The position numbers and the translations under genes were made by a program. A DNA stretch of 62,908 nt, counting the filler, from Reclinomonas americana ATCC 50394 (lineage: Eukaryota), in assembly GCA_048213135.1 (NCBI GenBank). It is 16 parts of 16 records of this genome, joined end to end, with 100 filler letters (N's around TTAATTAATTAA, not from the genome) between each part and the next. Parts side by side here need not be neighbours in the genome. Positions count along the whole stretch, not along the records: positions 44,939 to 53,401 come from AFZH01018530.1; positions 53,502 to 54,552 come from AFZH01018531.1; positions 54,653 to 59,700 come from AFZH01018532.1; positions 59,801 to 61,408 come from AFZH01018533.1; positions 61,509 to 62,908 come from AFZH01018536.1; 11 more parts are not named here. One strand, 5' to 3'. The notes beneath the pieces were generated by a model. The model made no database searches. It was not told the origin of the DNA and saw only the letters and a list, made by a program, of their open reading frames with translations. Shown piece after piece: positions 52,159 through 62,908 of this stretch (positions are counted from its first letter, which is position 1; the number at the start of each line of letters is the position of its first letter).

Positions 52159-53346
52159 ATGCCCAAGATCCACGCCCGCAAGCGCGACCTCTCCTCTGCG
52201 CGTGTCATGGCCGTGTCGGCCATGCTCGGCCATCGAGTGCCCACGCAGCTGTACGACTGGAGCGACGCCACACAGCGCGGAGAGTACGCGCAAGTCACCA
52301 ACTTCACCAACAGATTCCCCGCGTATGACACGGAGAGCAAGATGATTGTCAGTGGCGCAAATGCAGTGTGCAGGTGAGAGTGAGAGAGAGACTGAGAGAG
52401 AGAGAGAGAAGGGGAAGGGGGGAGGGAGTGTGTGTGTGTGTGAGAGAGAGAGAGAACAGAGAGAGAGAGCGACTAGCATGCGTGTGACCAAAGTGCAGAC
52501 AACTGCACATTTTCCTTGAGCTTCTCTTGCTCTCTCTCTCACACACACACTCTCGCGCTCACTATATGTGTGCGCTCTGTGTGTGTGCGTGTGTGAGAGA
52601 GAGAGAGCGGGAGTGTGAAAGAGTGTGACAGAAAGTGTGACCAAAGTGGCGACTTATTCACAACTTGCATGTGCTCTCTTGCACACACTTCTTCTCTCTC
52701 ACACACACTCACACACTCACGCACTCTCCCCACATGTGCACTTGTTGTGTGTTTGAGAGAAGAAGAAGTAGAAAGAGTGACAAGAAAGTGCGACCAAAGT
52801 GCCGACTTGTACACCACTTGCATCTCTCTTGCTCTTACGCACACTCTCTCTCACACACTCTCACACTCTCTCCGTCCGTGCTTGTGCGTGTCTTTGGGGG
52901 GCGATGGTCACTGACATGCCCTCTTCCGCCTTCCCTTCTTCACACACACACAGACTGATTGCCGCCAAGTCCAAGTCAGTATCTCTATTTGGCTCCGCCG
53001 GTGATGCACTGGAGGTGGCGCTGATTGATGAGTGGCTCGAGTTTGAGGTTTATCTTCAGTCACATTTTGAGATTGTTTTTCGTGGGAGGTCGATCGTGAT
53101 GTTGGACTCTCTTCTTCTCTCTCTCCTCTGGGTGAGCAGGAGACCAAGTTGACTCCGCAGTCGGTGTACTATGTGACCACGTTGCAAGTGTCGCGTGAGA
53201 CGCTGCCGGATCGTGAGGTGCAGGCGTCGCGTGAGGCCACGCATGCGCATTTGGGCCGCATTGAGGCCTCGTTGGCGGATCGTTGCGTTGCTGTTTCTGC
53301 ACGTTTCATGCTCTCTTCCTCTCCTTGTCATTTGCATTCCTCGCTC

Positions 53347-53401
<55 letters not shown>

Positions 53402-55942
53402 NNNNNNNNNNNNNNNNNNNNNNNNNNNNNNNNNNNNNNNNNNNNTTAATTAATTAANNNNNNNNNNNNNNNNNNNNNNNNNNNNNNNNNNNNNNNNNNN
53501 NTCTCTCTCTCTCTCTCTCTCTCACTCACTCTCACTCACTCACCCCTTAGTGTTTCGCTTTCTCGGTGTACACTTAACCCTCTTTCATTGTCCACTGACT
53601 TCCTCCATCCTCCTCTCTCATCTCTTCCTCTTCCTCTTTCCCTCTCCCTCGCTCCCTTTCCCTCCCTCCCTCTCTGTCAGTGTCACTTTCTGTTTTCGTG
53701 CATGTATCTCTCTCTCTCGCTCACTCTCTCAGTCTGATGTGTTATCACTTTCTCGGTGCACACTTTACTCTCTTCATCGTCCACTGTCTTTCTCCATCCT
53801 CTTCTCTCATCTCTCTGTCTCCCTCTTTCATTCTCCCTCTTTCCCTCTGTCGGTGTGACTTTCTGTCATCGTGTTCGTATCTCTCTCTCACTCCGATGTG
53901 TCATCGCTGTCTCGATTTACGGTTTGCTCTCCTTCATTGTCCACTTTCTCTCTTCATTTTCCTCTTTTGCTCTCTCTCCCTCTCTCACTCCCTCCCCGGC
54001 ATTGTCACTGTCTGTCTGTGTGCCTGAATCTCTCGCTCACTCCTACGTGTTGTCGCTCTCGATTTACACTTCTAGCAAACCCATACTTCGCTTCTCTCGC
54101 TTTCTCTTTCCTCTCTCACGCACCCGAGCACTGCATCACTCAGTGGCCATCGCCTTCAGTTCGTGAGTTGCTTTCTCCGTCTAAAGTTCTGTCGTGTCTG
54201 TCCCATGTTTTCAATCTCTCTCTCTCTTCCTCTTTCCCTCCATCTCTGTCAGTGTCACTGTCTGTCTGCTTGCCAGTATCTCTCTCTCACTCTATGTGTT
54301 GTCGCTATCTCGATTTACACATTCCTGTCTTCTGTCTCCACCTGTTTCTCTGCATCTTTCCCTCTCGCTCATTCAGACTTCCTCATTTCCCTTCCATTTC
54401 TCGTTCCCCCTTGCCTTCCCCCTCCCTTCCTTCTTTCCCTCCCCGCCTTTCCCTTCCTCTCTCCCTTCTTCCCCTTTTCCTCCCCCTTATCCCTCCCCCT
54501 TCCCCTTATCTCCCCTTCACCTTATCCTTCCCCCTTATCCTTTCCCTATTTANNNNNNNNNNNNNNNNNNNNNNNNNNNNNNNNNNNNNNNNNNNNTTAA
54601 TTAATTAANNNNNNNNNNNNNNNNNNNNNNNNNNNNNNNNNNNNNNNNNNNNAACCTGTGTGATTCCTCCTACTGCACTCCTGTTCTTGTATCTCTCTCT
54701 GTCGTTCTAGTCTCACTCGATATGATTCTGTCTGCTTTTTACTCTTTCGTCCACCTTTGTACCGCACTTGTTTTATTTCTGTTCGCCAATCTTTTCTGCA
54801 CGAAACTCCATTCTCCTCTTCCGTGTCCTCTCTTTCTCTTTCCTCCCTTCCTCTTCTCCTCTCAGTCCTCCTCATTCCTCCCGCACTCCAGCATACACTC
54901 ACTCGATGATTCTGTCTGCTTACTCCTTTCTTTGACATCTCCGTTCTTCAATCATTATGCCTGTCTCCTCCTTCTCGTAGTCTCTCTGTCGAAGTACACT
55001 CTTGCTTTCCTTTGCTGTCTTCGTCGTTCCTCCTTTCATGCCTGCATTTGTCTTCTTGTACTCGCCTCCTCGTCTCCTCTCATGCTCCTGTCTTCTCAAT
55101 CCTGTGGTTGTCTTCTCATCTCGTGTTTCCGCTCGCACTCCTGATTTCTAATACCTCTATTTGTCTTCTCTTTCCTCTCTCCCTCTCGCTCGTCTTCTTC
55201 TTCCTCTTCTACTTCCTCTTCTCCTCTCTTCCTCCTCGCTTGATTTCGCTCGCTCATTCTCTTTCACACGCGCTCCTGATACTGCGTGTTCTCTAGTCGT
55301 CTTCGCTCTTTCTTTCTGGTCTCCTCTGTTCCTCTCCTCTCTTTCTCTCCTCCCTTCCTCTCCTCTCTTCCTCTCCTCTCTTCCTCTTCTCCTCCCTTCC
55401 TCCCTTCCTTTTCCCTCCTCTCTTCGCCCCTCCAACCTTTTGTGCTTCCACAGGCCGCTGGTCTGCCCCTCCCCAAGCAAATCGTGGCGCACGGCTGGTG
55501 GACCAAGGACGGCAAGAAGATCTCCAAGAGCACCGGCAACAACTTCGACCCCAGCGAGACGGCGCGTGAGTATGGCCTCGACGCCCTGCGCTACTTCTTG
55601 GTGCGCGAGAGCACCATTGAGAGCGACGGCGACTACACCGAGGGCTCGATGAAGGCGCATCTGAACGGCGAGCTGGCCGAGAACCTCGGCAATCTGGTGC
55701 GTACTCGCGAGGTTTCATGTTGTATATCTTTGCTTGTGCTCACGATTGTCGTTTGCAGTTCTGCCGCTGCAAGGCGGAGAAGCTGAACCCGTCGATGACG
55801 GTGCCTGCACCTGGCCCGTACACGACCGTCGATCAGGCCATTATCGAGGCGGCGAGCAGCTTGCCCGGTGCGTTACATCTCGCAGAGACACTCTTCATCT
55901 CGTCCTCTCTCTCTTTCTCTCTCTCTCTTTCTCTCTCTCTCT

Positions 55943-55975
<33 letters not shown>

Positions 55976-56216
55976 TTGTTTCTCTCGTTCTCCATTCGCA
56001 CACACGCACATTCACTCTTGCCCTCTCGCTCACTTGAGATAATCTTGCTCTCTCTCTCTCACACACACACTCTCCCTCTTATTCTCTTTCTCTCTCTCTC
56101 TCTCTTTCTTGCTTGCTTTCTGTTCTCTCTTTCTCCCTCTTTTTTCCTTGCTTGCTTTCATTCTTTCTCTCTTTCTTTCGTTTACGCATTCACTCGTGCC
56201 CGCTCACTGACTTCTT

Positions 56217-56257
<41 letters not shown>

Positions 56258-56631
56258 CTTTCTTTCTTCTTTCTCCATTCGTTCGCACGCGCACACGCAC
56301 ACTCACTCACTTGCGAGTAGTCGCTCTTAGTTTACTTCCGTGCACTCTCCTGTTTTGCTGTTGTGACATCACAACGCAGTGTCTCGCTCCCGTTGACCTC
56401 TTACTTCGCCCTCACCCACTCACTTCCCCTTTCGCAGGATTCGTGGACCACTACATGTTGACTCTGTCGCGCACCAACGAGGCGCTCGCCGAGGTGTTCG
56501 TCGTCTGCAGCGAGATCAACCGCTACGTGCAGAACGAGGCGCCGTGGAAGCTGGCGCGCGTGGCTGCCTCTGACCCGGCAGCACAGCAGCGACTGGTTAG
56601 TGTTGCCGCTTCTGCTTTTCACTCTCGTTCG

Positions 56632-56680
<49 letters not shown>

Positions 56681-57570
56681 ACAATCTCTCTCTACTGATT
56701 CTAACTCCTCTTTGTGCACGCACACTCTGTCTGCCGTCTTCTCGTTATTCACTTCTCTCTCTTTTGTCTCCCGTTTCCACCATCGGATTCACTTTATCAC
56801 TGACTCGGACACCGCCTTATCCAACTCCTCTACCTAGCACGCATACTCTTATCTCCCATCTCTCTCCTGTCGTCTCTTTTGAACGTCTTCTGTTTGTCTG
56901 TCTTCTCTCTCGTTTGACGCGATTGCATTCACTTTTCCACTCACTCGATCTCCGCCTTTTCCAACTCTACCTCGCATGCGTACTCATTTCTTTGTTCTCT
57001 TCTATCTCTCTTTGTTCTCCCGTTGGCGCAGTCGCATTTACTCTTATCACTTACTCAGTCTCCGCCTTATCCAACTCTACCTCGCACCCATACTCTTTCG
57101 CCCATCTCTCTCCTGTCACTTGTCCGTGTGTTCCGCCTCACTCGCTGTCCGTCTCACTCGCTGTCCATCTCCCTCTCCCTCTTTCCCTCTTCCTCTCCCT
57201 CTCCCTCTCCCTCTCCCTCTCCCTCTCCCTCTCCCTTTTTCTCTTTTTTCCCTCTCTCTCCCTTTCCCCATCCCTTCCCCCTCTCAACCCTTTCCCTTCA
57301 TAGAACACCGTCCTGTACGTCATGATGGAGAGCGTCCGCCTGGTGGCCACCTGCCTGGCCCCGGTGATGCCCATCACCTCCGAGCGCATGGTGCAGCACC
57401 TCGGTCTGCCGGCCCCCGCTGGCTACTCACTGGAGTGGGGTGCCTTGCCGCCGGGCGCACCCGTGGAGCGCGAGGCATGGATCCCGTTCGAGAAAAAGCT
57501 GGACGCTGACCCGGCCGCCGCCGCCTCGGCCGCCGCCGGCTCCGCAAGTGGCAGCAAGGCCCCCAAATAA
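52159..57570 (+). CDS. Methionyl-tRNA synthetase, MetRS1-type with N-terminal GST-like domain (central exons lost in gaps)
   Basis: GST-like N-terminus (NRFPAY...SGANAVCR.IA...IDEWLEF). The catalytic C-half reads LPKQIVAHGWWTKDGKKISKSTGN, DALRYFLVRE, NGELAENLGNL, INRYVQNEAPWKL and LAPVMP. Confidence 0.9.
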
Positions 57571-57742
57571 TGTGTCGCGCAACTCAGCAGCAAAGAAGAG
57601 GAAGATGAAGATGAAAGAAAGGCGTAAGGGCCCGAGCTAGTTAATACACACAAACACGTATTTTGCACTGCGGATGCTAATAATCCTGGAATCTCTTTTC
57701 TTTTCTCTCTCTCTTCCTCTCTTTCTGTTCTCACTCGTCGTG

Positions 57743-60700
57743 TCACGCGGGAAGCGGAGATCCACCATCGTCGCTAAATCGATCCTCGTCGTAGTTTTCG
57801 TAAATCGCCGGATTGATGAGGTCCGTGGCGGTGTAGTCGCCCACGTCCCACCGGTACGTCTCAAAGTCGGCCAGCGCATCCTGGTCCGACAGCGACTGCT
57901 GCAGCCCGTACGCCGAGGGCACCGAGTCGACAGGCGCCGCCGACATGCCGAGGCGAGAGGGAACTGTGTGGGGGGAGGAGAAGTGAGGAAAGTGAGGAAA
58001 GGGGGAAGGAGGAAGAGAGAAGGAGGAGGGGGGAAGGAGAGGGGGAATGATCAGGGGAAGGGAAGACGGGGAGGCAGAGAAGGGTGAAGGAGCAGTGGAA
58101 ACAGAAAGGGGGCAAGTGATTCTCCTCACTATTTCTTGTCACCTTCTCCCTCGCTTTCCTATGCCTTTTCGCTTCTCTCAGTCACCTTCACCATTCACCT
58201 CCTCTTGCGCATTCTCCTTCCACAGCTTCACCTTGTTGCGCTCCCTTCTTACCGATGCTCTCTATCCACCTCCATTTTCCTTCTTCTTTGTTCATTGTCT
58301 CCCATCTTCCTCATTTCTCTTCCACGTTACCAATTGCCGTGGCCCTGCCTCGCCCGGTCTCGCTCCTGTTTTTTTCCTTTCTCTATTCTGTTCACCGTAC
58401 CCGATTTTCTCTCAACAGTCTTCACTCTGACCTCTCTTCCTCGTCTTCAAACCCAATTCCTGCCTCACATTGTTCCTCTTCGTTATTATCCTATTCTCTC
58501 TTCTTTCTTCTTCTCCCATTGCCTCTCTTCCCTCCTTCTCTCTCGTTTATCTGCCCATATCCCTGTTCGCCTTCCCCCTCTCTCCACCTTGAGTCTCGCC
58601 TCTCATCGCCCACTTCTGTCCTCCTCTTCCCTTACTCCCTTTCCTCCACACCCTGTTTCTTCATTCTCCCCCTCACCCTTAAGTCGCTCCATCTGCCCCT
58701 TCCCCTCTCTTTCCCGTCCCCACTCCCCCCTTCTCCCATTTCTCCTTCCCCTCTACCCGCCTTCTCCCTCAGCCTTCCCCCTTTTCACGCACCTCCATAC
58801 GACGCCCCACTCCCACCCATCTCCGCCGCCACCGCCTTCAAATACTCCTGGTTGTACAGCTCGAATTTGCGCTGGCGAATCTGCGGGAAGTACGTCGCGT
58901 CGTACTCCTTGACCAGATCGAGCGTGACATCCGCCATGCGTCGAATCTGATCGTTCGGATCGGTCAGCATGTCGATCATGTACGGCACCACGTCCGTGTT
59001 CTCCAGCAGCACTCGGCGTGTCCGCTCCTGCAGCATCAGCTTGTAGAATGTGTAGAATGTCTGCAAAATCATCTCGTCGTCGTTTTGCTTGGCTGTGGAG
59101 CGAGGGAAGTGAGAGGAAAGAGTGAAATAAGGAAGGACGGTGAAAACACGAACCAATGACAGTGTCACACAGATTGCGAATGAGCTCCGACTCGGCAATC
59201 ATCGGGCACACGTCCGGGTCGGTGGCGAACGTGCCAATGAGGATAATGACCTCCAGCAGAATGTCATCCTCCACGTGCGGATCCTGCATTGCAAAAGAGA
59301 ATGGTGAGACAGGAAAGAAAAGAAGACGGAGAGAGAGTCTGTGAGAAGAGAGAGAGAGTCTGTGAGAAGAGAGAGTCAGTGCGTAAGAATTCCGGAGGGG
59401 AGAGAGAGAGCGCGCGCGAGAAAAAGAGAGAGCGAGAGAGAGATAGAGAGAAAGACAAAATTTAACGAGTTGTGCTTGGGAAGAGAGCGTGCGGACAAAG
59501 CCTTTCACTTGGTGTGCTGGCAATTGGTAAAGAAACCAACATGGTTAGGTGCGAGTGGGAAAGAACACGAATCAGCCATCTTCTACGGATACAGACGACA
59601 AAGACATCACACCTGCTGGTGGTGGTGGGAAAGGTCGAGGCTGCTGTTCGTGGGCACTTGTTTTTTCTCGGTCCTCTCTCTCTCTCTCTCTCTCTCTCGT
59701 NNNNNNNNNNNNNNNNNNNNNNNNNNNNNNNNNNNNNNNNNNNNTTAATTAATTAANNNNNNNNNNNNNNNNNNNNNNNNNNNNNNNNNNNNNNNNNNNN
59801 CCCTTTCCCTCTCCCACCCTCCCTCTCCCCTCCCCCACCAACGCACCTCCATCAGGCTGGTGAGGAACTGCAGCAGCGCATATCGCTCGACTAGGATCGA
59901 GAAGTGGAACTGCTCGATAGTGAGGTTTCCTAGTGTGCCGAGCACCTCCACCAGCAAATCGCCACGCTCCGCGGTCACCGCCAACTTGGCCAGGCCCTCC
60001 ACGTAGTCCTGTGTGCACGGGCGATGAGTAGACGGACAAAGAGAAGAGAAGGAGGGAGAAGGGCAGAGAGCAAAACATACCCTGAACAGCGGCTTGATGT
60101 CCTCGTGTGAGGCAATGTTGCGGATGAGCTTCATCATCAGCGGATCGCCAGTCTGCGCCATCAAACAGATACGAAATGAGAATACTGAGAGAGTGCACAC
60201 ACACACGCGCGCATACACGCACTCCAACTTATTCACTCACACACACACACACACGCGCATACACGCACTCCCACACGCACACACACACTCTTATTCACTC
60301 ACTCACAGGGCATCTGTCAACATGCATTTCTGCTCTCCCTCTCTTCTGCACACACACTCCCACTCACTCACTCCCTCACTTACTCGCTCAGCCACTCACA
60401 GTGCATCTGTCAACATGCACGTCTGCTGTCTCTATCTCTCTCTCTCTCTCTCGCAGAACAAACTAACGGGGCATCTGTCAACTTGCATTCCTGCCGTTTC
60501 TATCTCTTGCACTCTCTATCTCCTCCTCTTCCTCTTCCTCTCTCTTCTCCCTGTCCTTCCCCGTCTCCCCCTCCCCTTCCCCTTTATCTCCCACCACCCC
60601 CCTTCCCTCTTTATCCCCTTCCCCTTATAAACCTGCATGGTGCGGTCCATCAAGCGATGCAAATTGTCGTCGCCAACCATAATCTCCGCATTGTTGCGGT

Positions 60701-60793
60701 TCACCGACAGATTGACGGCCAGCGCAACCAGCTCCTGATTCACCAGTCGCTCCGGGTAGTCAATGATCAGCGCCAGCACCATCGGAATCGCGT
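57743..60793 (-). CDS. KIFAP3: Kinesin-associated protein KAP3/FLA3 (kinesin-2 IFT accessory subunit), C-terminal half
   Basis: ELVALAVNLS, DPLMMKLIRNIASH, VEVLGTLGNL, EDDILLEVIILIGT, KQNDDEMILQ, YMIDMLTDPNDQIRRMAD and KFELYNQEYL. Confidence 0.9.
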
Positions 60794-61779
60794 CTGCGCA
60801 CAACATGCATGAGTGCGCGTCTTGGCAACCCCACTTCCCTTTCCACGACTCCCCTCACTCACTTACTTGTATCCCCTTCTCTCTCTTCTCTCTCCCCTCA
60901 CTCACTCACTTACCTCCCCTTCTCTCTCCCTTCACTCACTCACTTATCTTCCATTCTCTCTCTTCACTCTCCCCTCACTCACTTATCTTCCCTTCTCCCT
61001 ATTCTCTCTCCACTCACTCACTCACTTATCTCCCCTTCTCTCTTTCTTCTCTCTCCCCTCACTTCTCTTCTCTCTTCCCTTCTCTCTCTTTTCTCCCCCT
61101 CACACACTCACTTCGCTCTCCTTCTCTCTCTTCTCTCTCCCCCCACTCACTCACCTATCACCCCTTCTCTCTCTTCTCTCTGCCCTCACTCACTCACTTA
61201 TCCCCCTCCTCACTCACTTATCTCCCCTTCTCTCTCTTCACTTTCCCCTCACTTCTCTTTTCTTCTCTCCCCCCTTCTCTCTCCCTCTCTCTCCCCTTCT
61301 CTCCCTTCATCTACTCCTCCCCCTATCTCTACTAACTCCTACGTAACTCTTACACCGGTAACACCCTAACTACACTACGTAACTACCTACTAACTACTAA
61401 CTACGTACNNNNNNNNNNNNNNNNNNNNNNNNNNNNNNNNNNNNNNNNNNNNTTAATTAATTAANNNNNNNNNNNNNNNNNNNNNNNNNNNNNNNNNNNN
61501 NNNNNNNNGCAGCAGTGGGTCCCGCCCGCGCTGTCCAAGCCATGAGCGCGACAATTTTTTTCGTGTTGGGGAGTTTGGGGAAGGAGAGGCGCGTGGGATG
61601 CTTCCTTGTTGGATTTGAGTGAGTGAATGTGGATGCTGGAGGAAGAGGAGAAGGAGGATATGGGAAGATTGAGAGGGAGGGAGGGAGAGAGAGGGAGACA
61701 GGACTGATACTCGGAGAACTGTGTCGCACTGCGAAATGGGGAAGATATGAGGGATAACCGTTCTTCATAATGACGCATT

Positions 61780-62560
61780 GCCGCTCCGCGTGCACCAACT
61801 GGAGACTGCAGAACTGAGACACTGAGGTCTGCAGTTGTCTGCCGTGCCCACTGTCACCGCGAAGTATGGAACACGCGAGAGAATGCCACTCTTCGTTAGC
61901 GCAGAGTGGTTTATCGTGCAGGCACAATTTCGCAGCTCGGTGCTCGTAGTTGCCATGAGTGAGAAAGAGACATGAGAAGGTCAATCCCTGCAAGTGCAGG
62001 GCTGCTTCACGTCATCAGTTCCCCCTGCAGGTAACAAGAGGCAATCTGAGCAATGACAGAGCATTCTGCAGCTGAGTGAGCGAGATACGGAAGAGGGTCA
62101 AGCTTCGACCGCCGCTCCTCGTGCAAGCAGAGAGGCCGACAGCACGCAGACGCAGCAAACTGCAACTGAGTACCAAGACGATCAGTGCAACAGAGTTGAG
62201 TGTCAATCACTGCAAGGGCAGGTGACGCTGCATGTCATCAACACCTCGCGCAAACAACGCCAAACGACCGGACCTGTGATACGGAAGAGGGTCCATCTTC
62301 GACCGTCGCTCCTCGTGCAAGCAGAGAGGCCGAACCCACGCAGACGCAGCAAACAGCAACCGTGTGCCGTGCCACAGTTGCTGCAGAGTCGAGGGTCAAT
62401 CGTTGCAAGCGCACAAACACCGCACGCCATCAACTCCTCACGCAAGCGAGGAGAGACGACATGAGCGAAGACGAGGCGTTCTGCAGATGAGGGTAAGTCT
62501 TCTTCGACCGCCGCTCCTCGTGCAGAACCCACGAAGACGGAACACCCTGCAATCGAGTCC
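61780..62560. repeat. Degenerate tandem repeat (~195-210 bp units)
   Basis: GAGGGT...CTTCGACCG.CGCTCCTCGTGCA..CAGA recurs at ~62090, ~62285 and ~62490. Confidence 0.7.
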
Positions 62561-62676
62561 ATGACCACTGCCTTGTCGCCATCCACACTTCCGCACATGG
62601 CGATCCACAACCTGCCACCTGCTGCTGCAATACCCCAACTCACCACACGTCTACGCTGCACCTCGCTCTACATTGC

Positions 62677-62849
62677 TCATCTCCTATCACGACCACCAGC
62701 CCCCGCCACCGCCTCCGGCTCATCATCGCGCGGACGACCTCGTTGCGCGGCCTTGAGCGTCTCCGGATCTGCAAGCACCACCGCCATGAGAGACACAAAG
62801 ACGCGCACAGAATGCAACCGATAGACGCACCCATCTTGCCCATGATGAA
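62677..62849 (-). CDS. Last two exons of a gene that begins beyond the window
   Basis: Exons 62831-62849 and 62677-62768 splice in frame to FIMGKMDPETLKAAQRG...*. Weakly reminiscent of EMC7 C-termini, but too short to call. Confidence 0.35.
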
Positions 62850-62908
62850 CTGCACACACACAACACACAAGCACAGTCAGCATCTACCCCTTCTCCCCCA
62901 CTCCTTCA

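Noticed and set aside
53550..55440. Many long L/S/F/P-rich or R/E/G/K-rich ORFs in the six-frame track
   Set aside because: They are translations of CT/GA low-complexity intronic DNA that lacks stop codons by composition.
61328..61408. TAC/TAAC/TACG quasi-repeat at a contig end (similar at ~44800-45020), superficially telomere-like
   Set aside because: Irregular and directly adjacent to gaps; resembles low-quality pyrosequencing read-end noise.

Overview
Gene-dense, intron-rich nuclear DNA of a eukaryotic microbe, probably a flagellated, aerobic, bacterivorous protist (it has Sfi1-like and KAP3 genes, mitochondrial genes and lysozymes); I cannot fix the lineage. It is a gapped scaffold with 15 artificial 100-nt spacers (N44-TTAATTAATTAA-N44), several inside genes and hiding real coding sequence. 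About 19 spliced genes were reconstructed by eye, so exon edges are approximate. Housekeeping genes: Sfi1-like, P4-ATPase, SLC5 symporter, GPKOW, uS9m, NDUFB10, COQ3, NDUFAF7, MetRS, KAP3. The best candidate for an undescribed system is an NLR-like STAND protein built as UBL-UBL-HEPN(RxxxxH)-NACHT-pentapeptide-WD40x~15. Also notable: two tandem T4-type (GH24) lysozymes rebuilt as secretory proteins (copy 1 membrane-anchored) head-to-head with a Rab32-like GTPase that has an aberrant G3 box; a ~1,700-aa type II membrane protein resembling a phage/viral tail fibre; a recurrent GTTGCG 5' splice-site class lacking +5G; and 38-84 nt divergent intergenic spacers.
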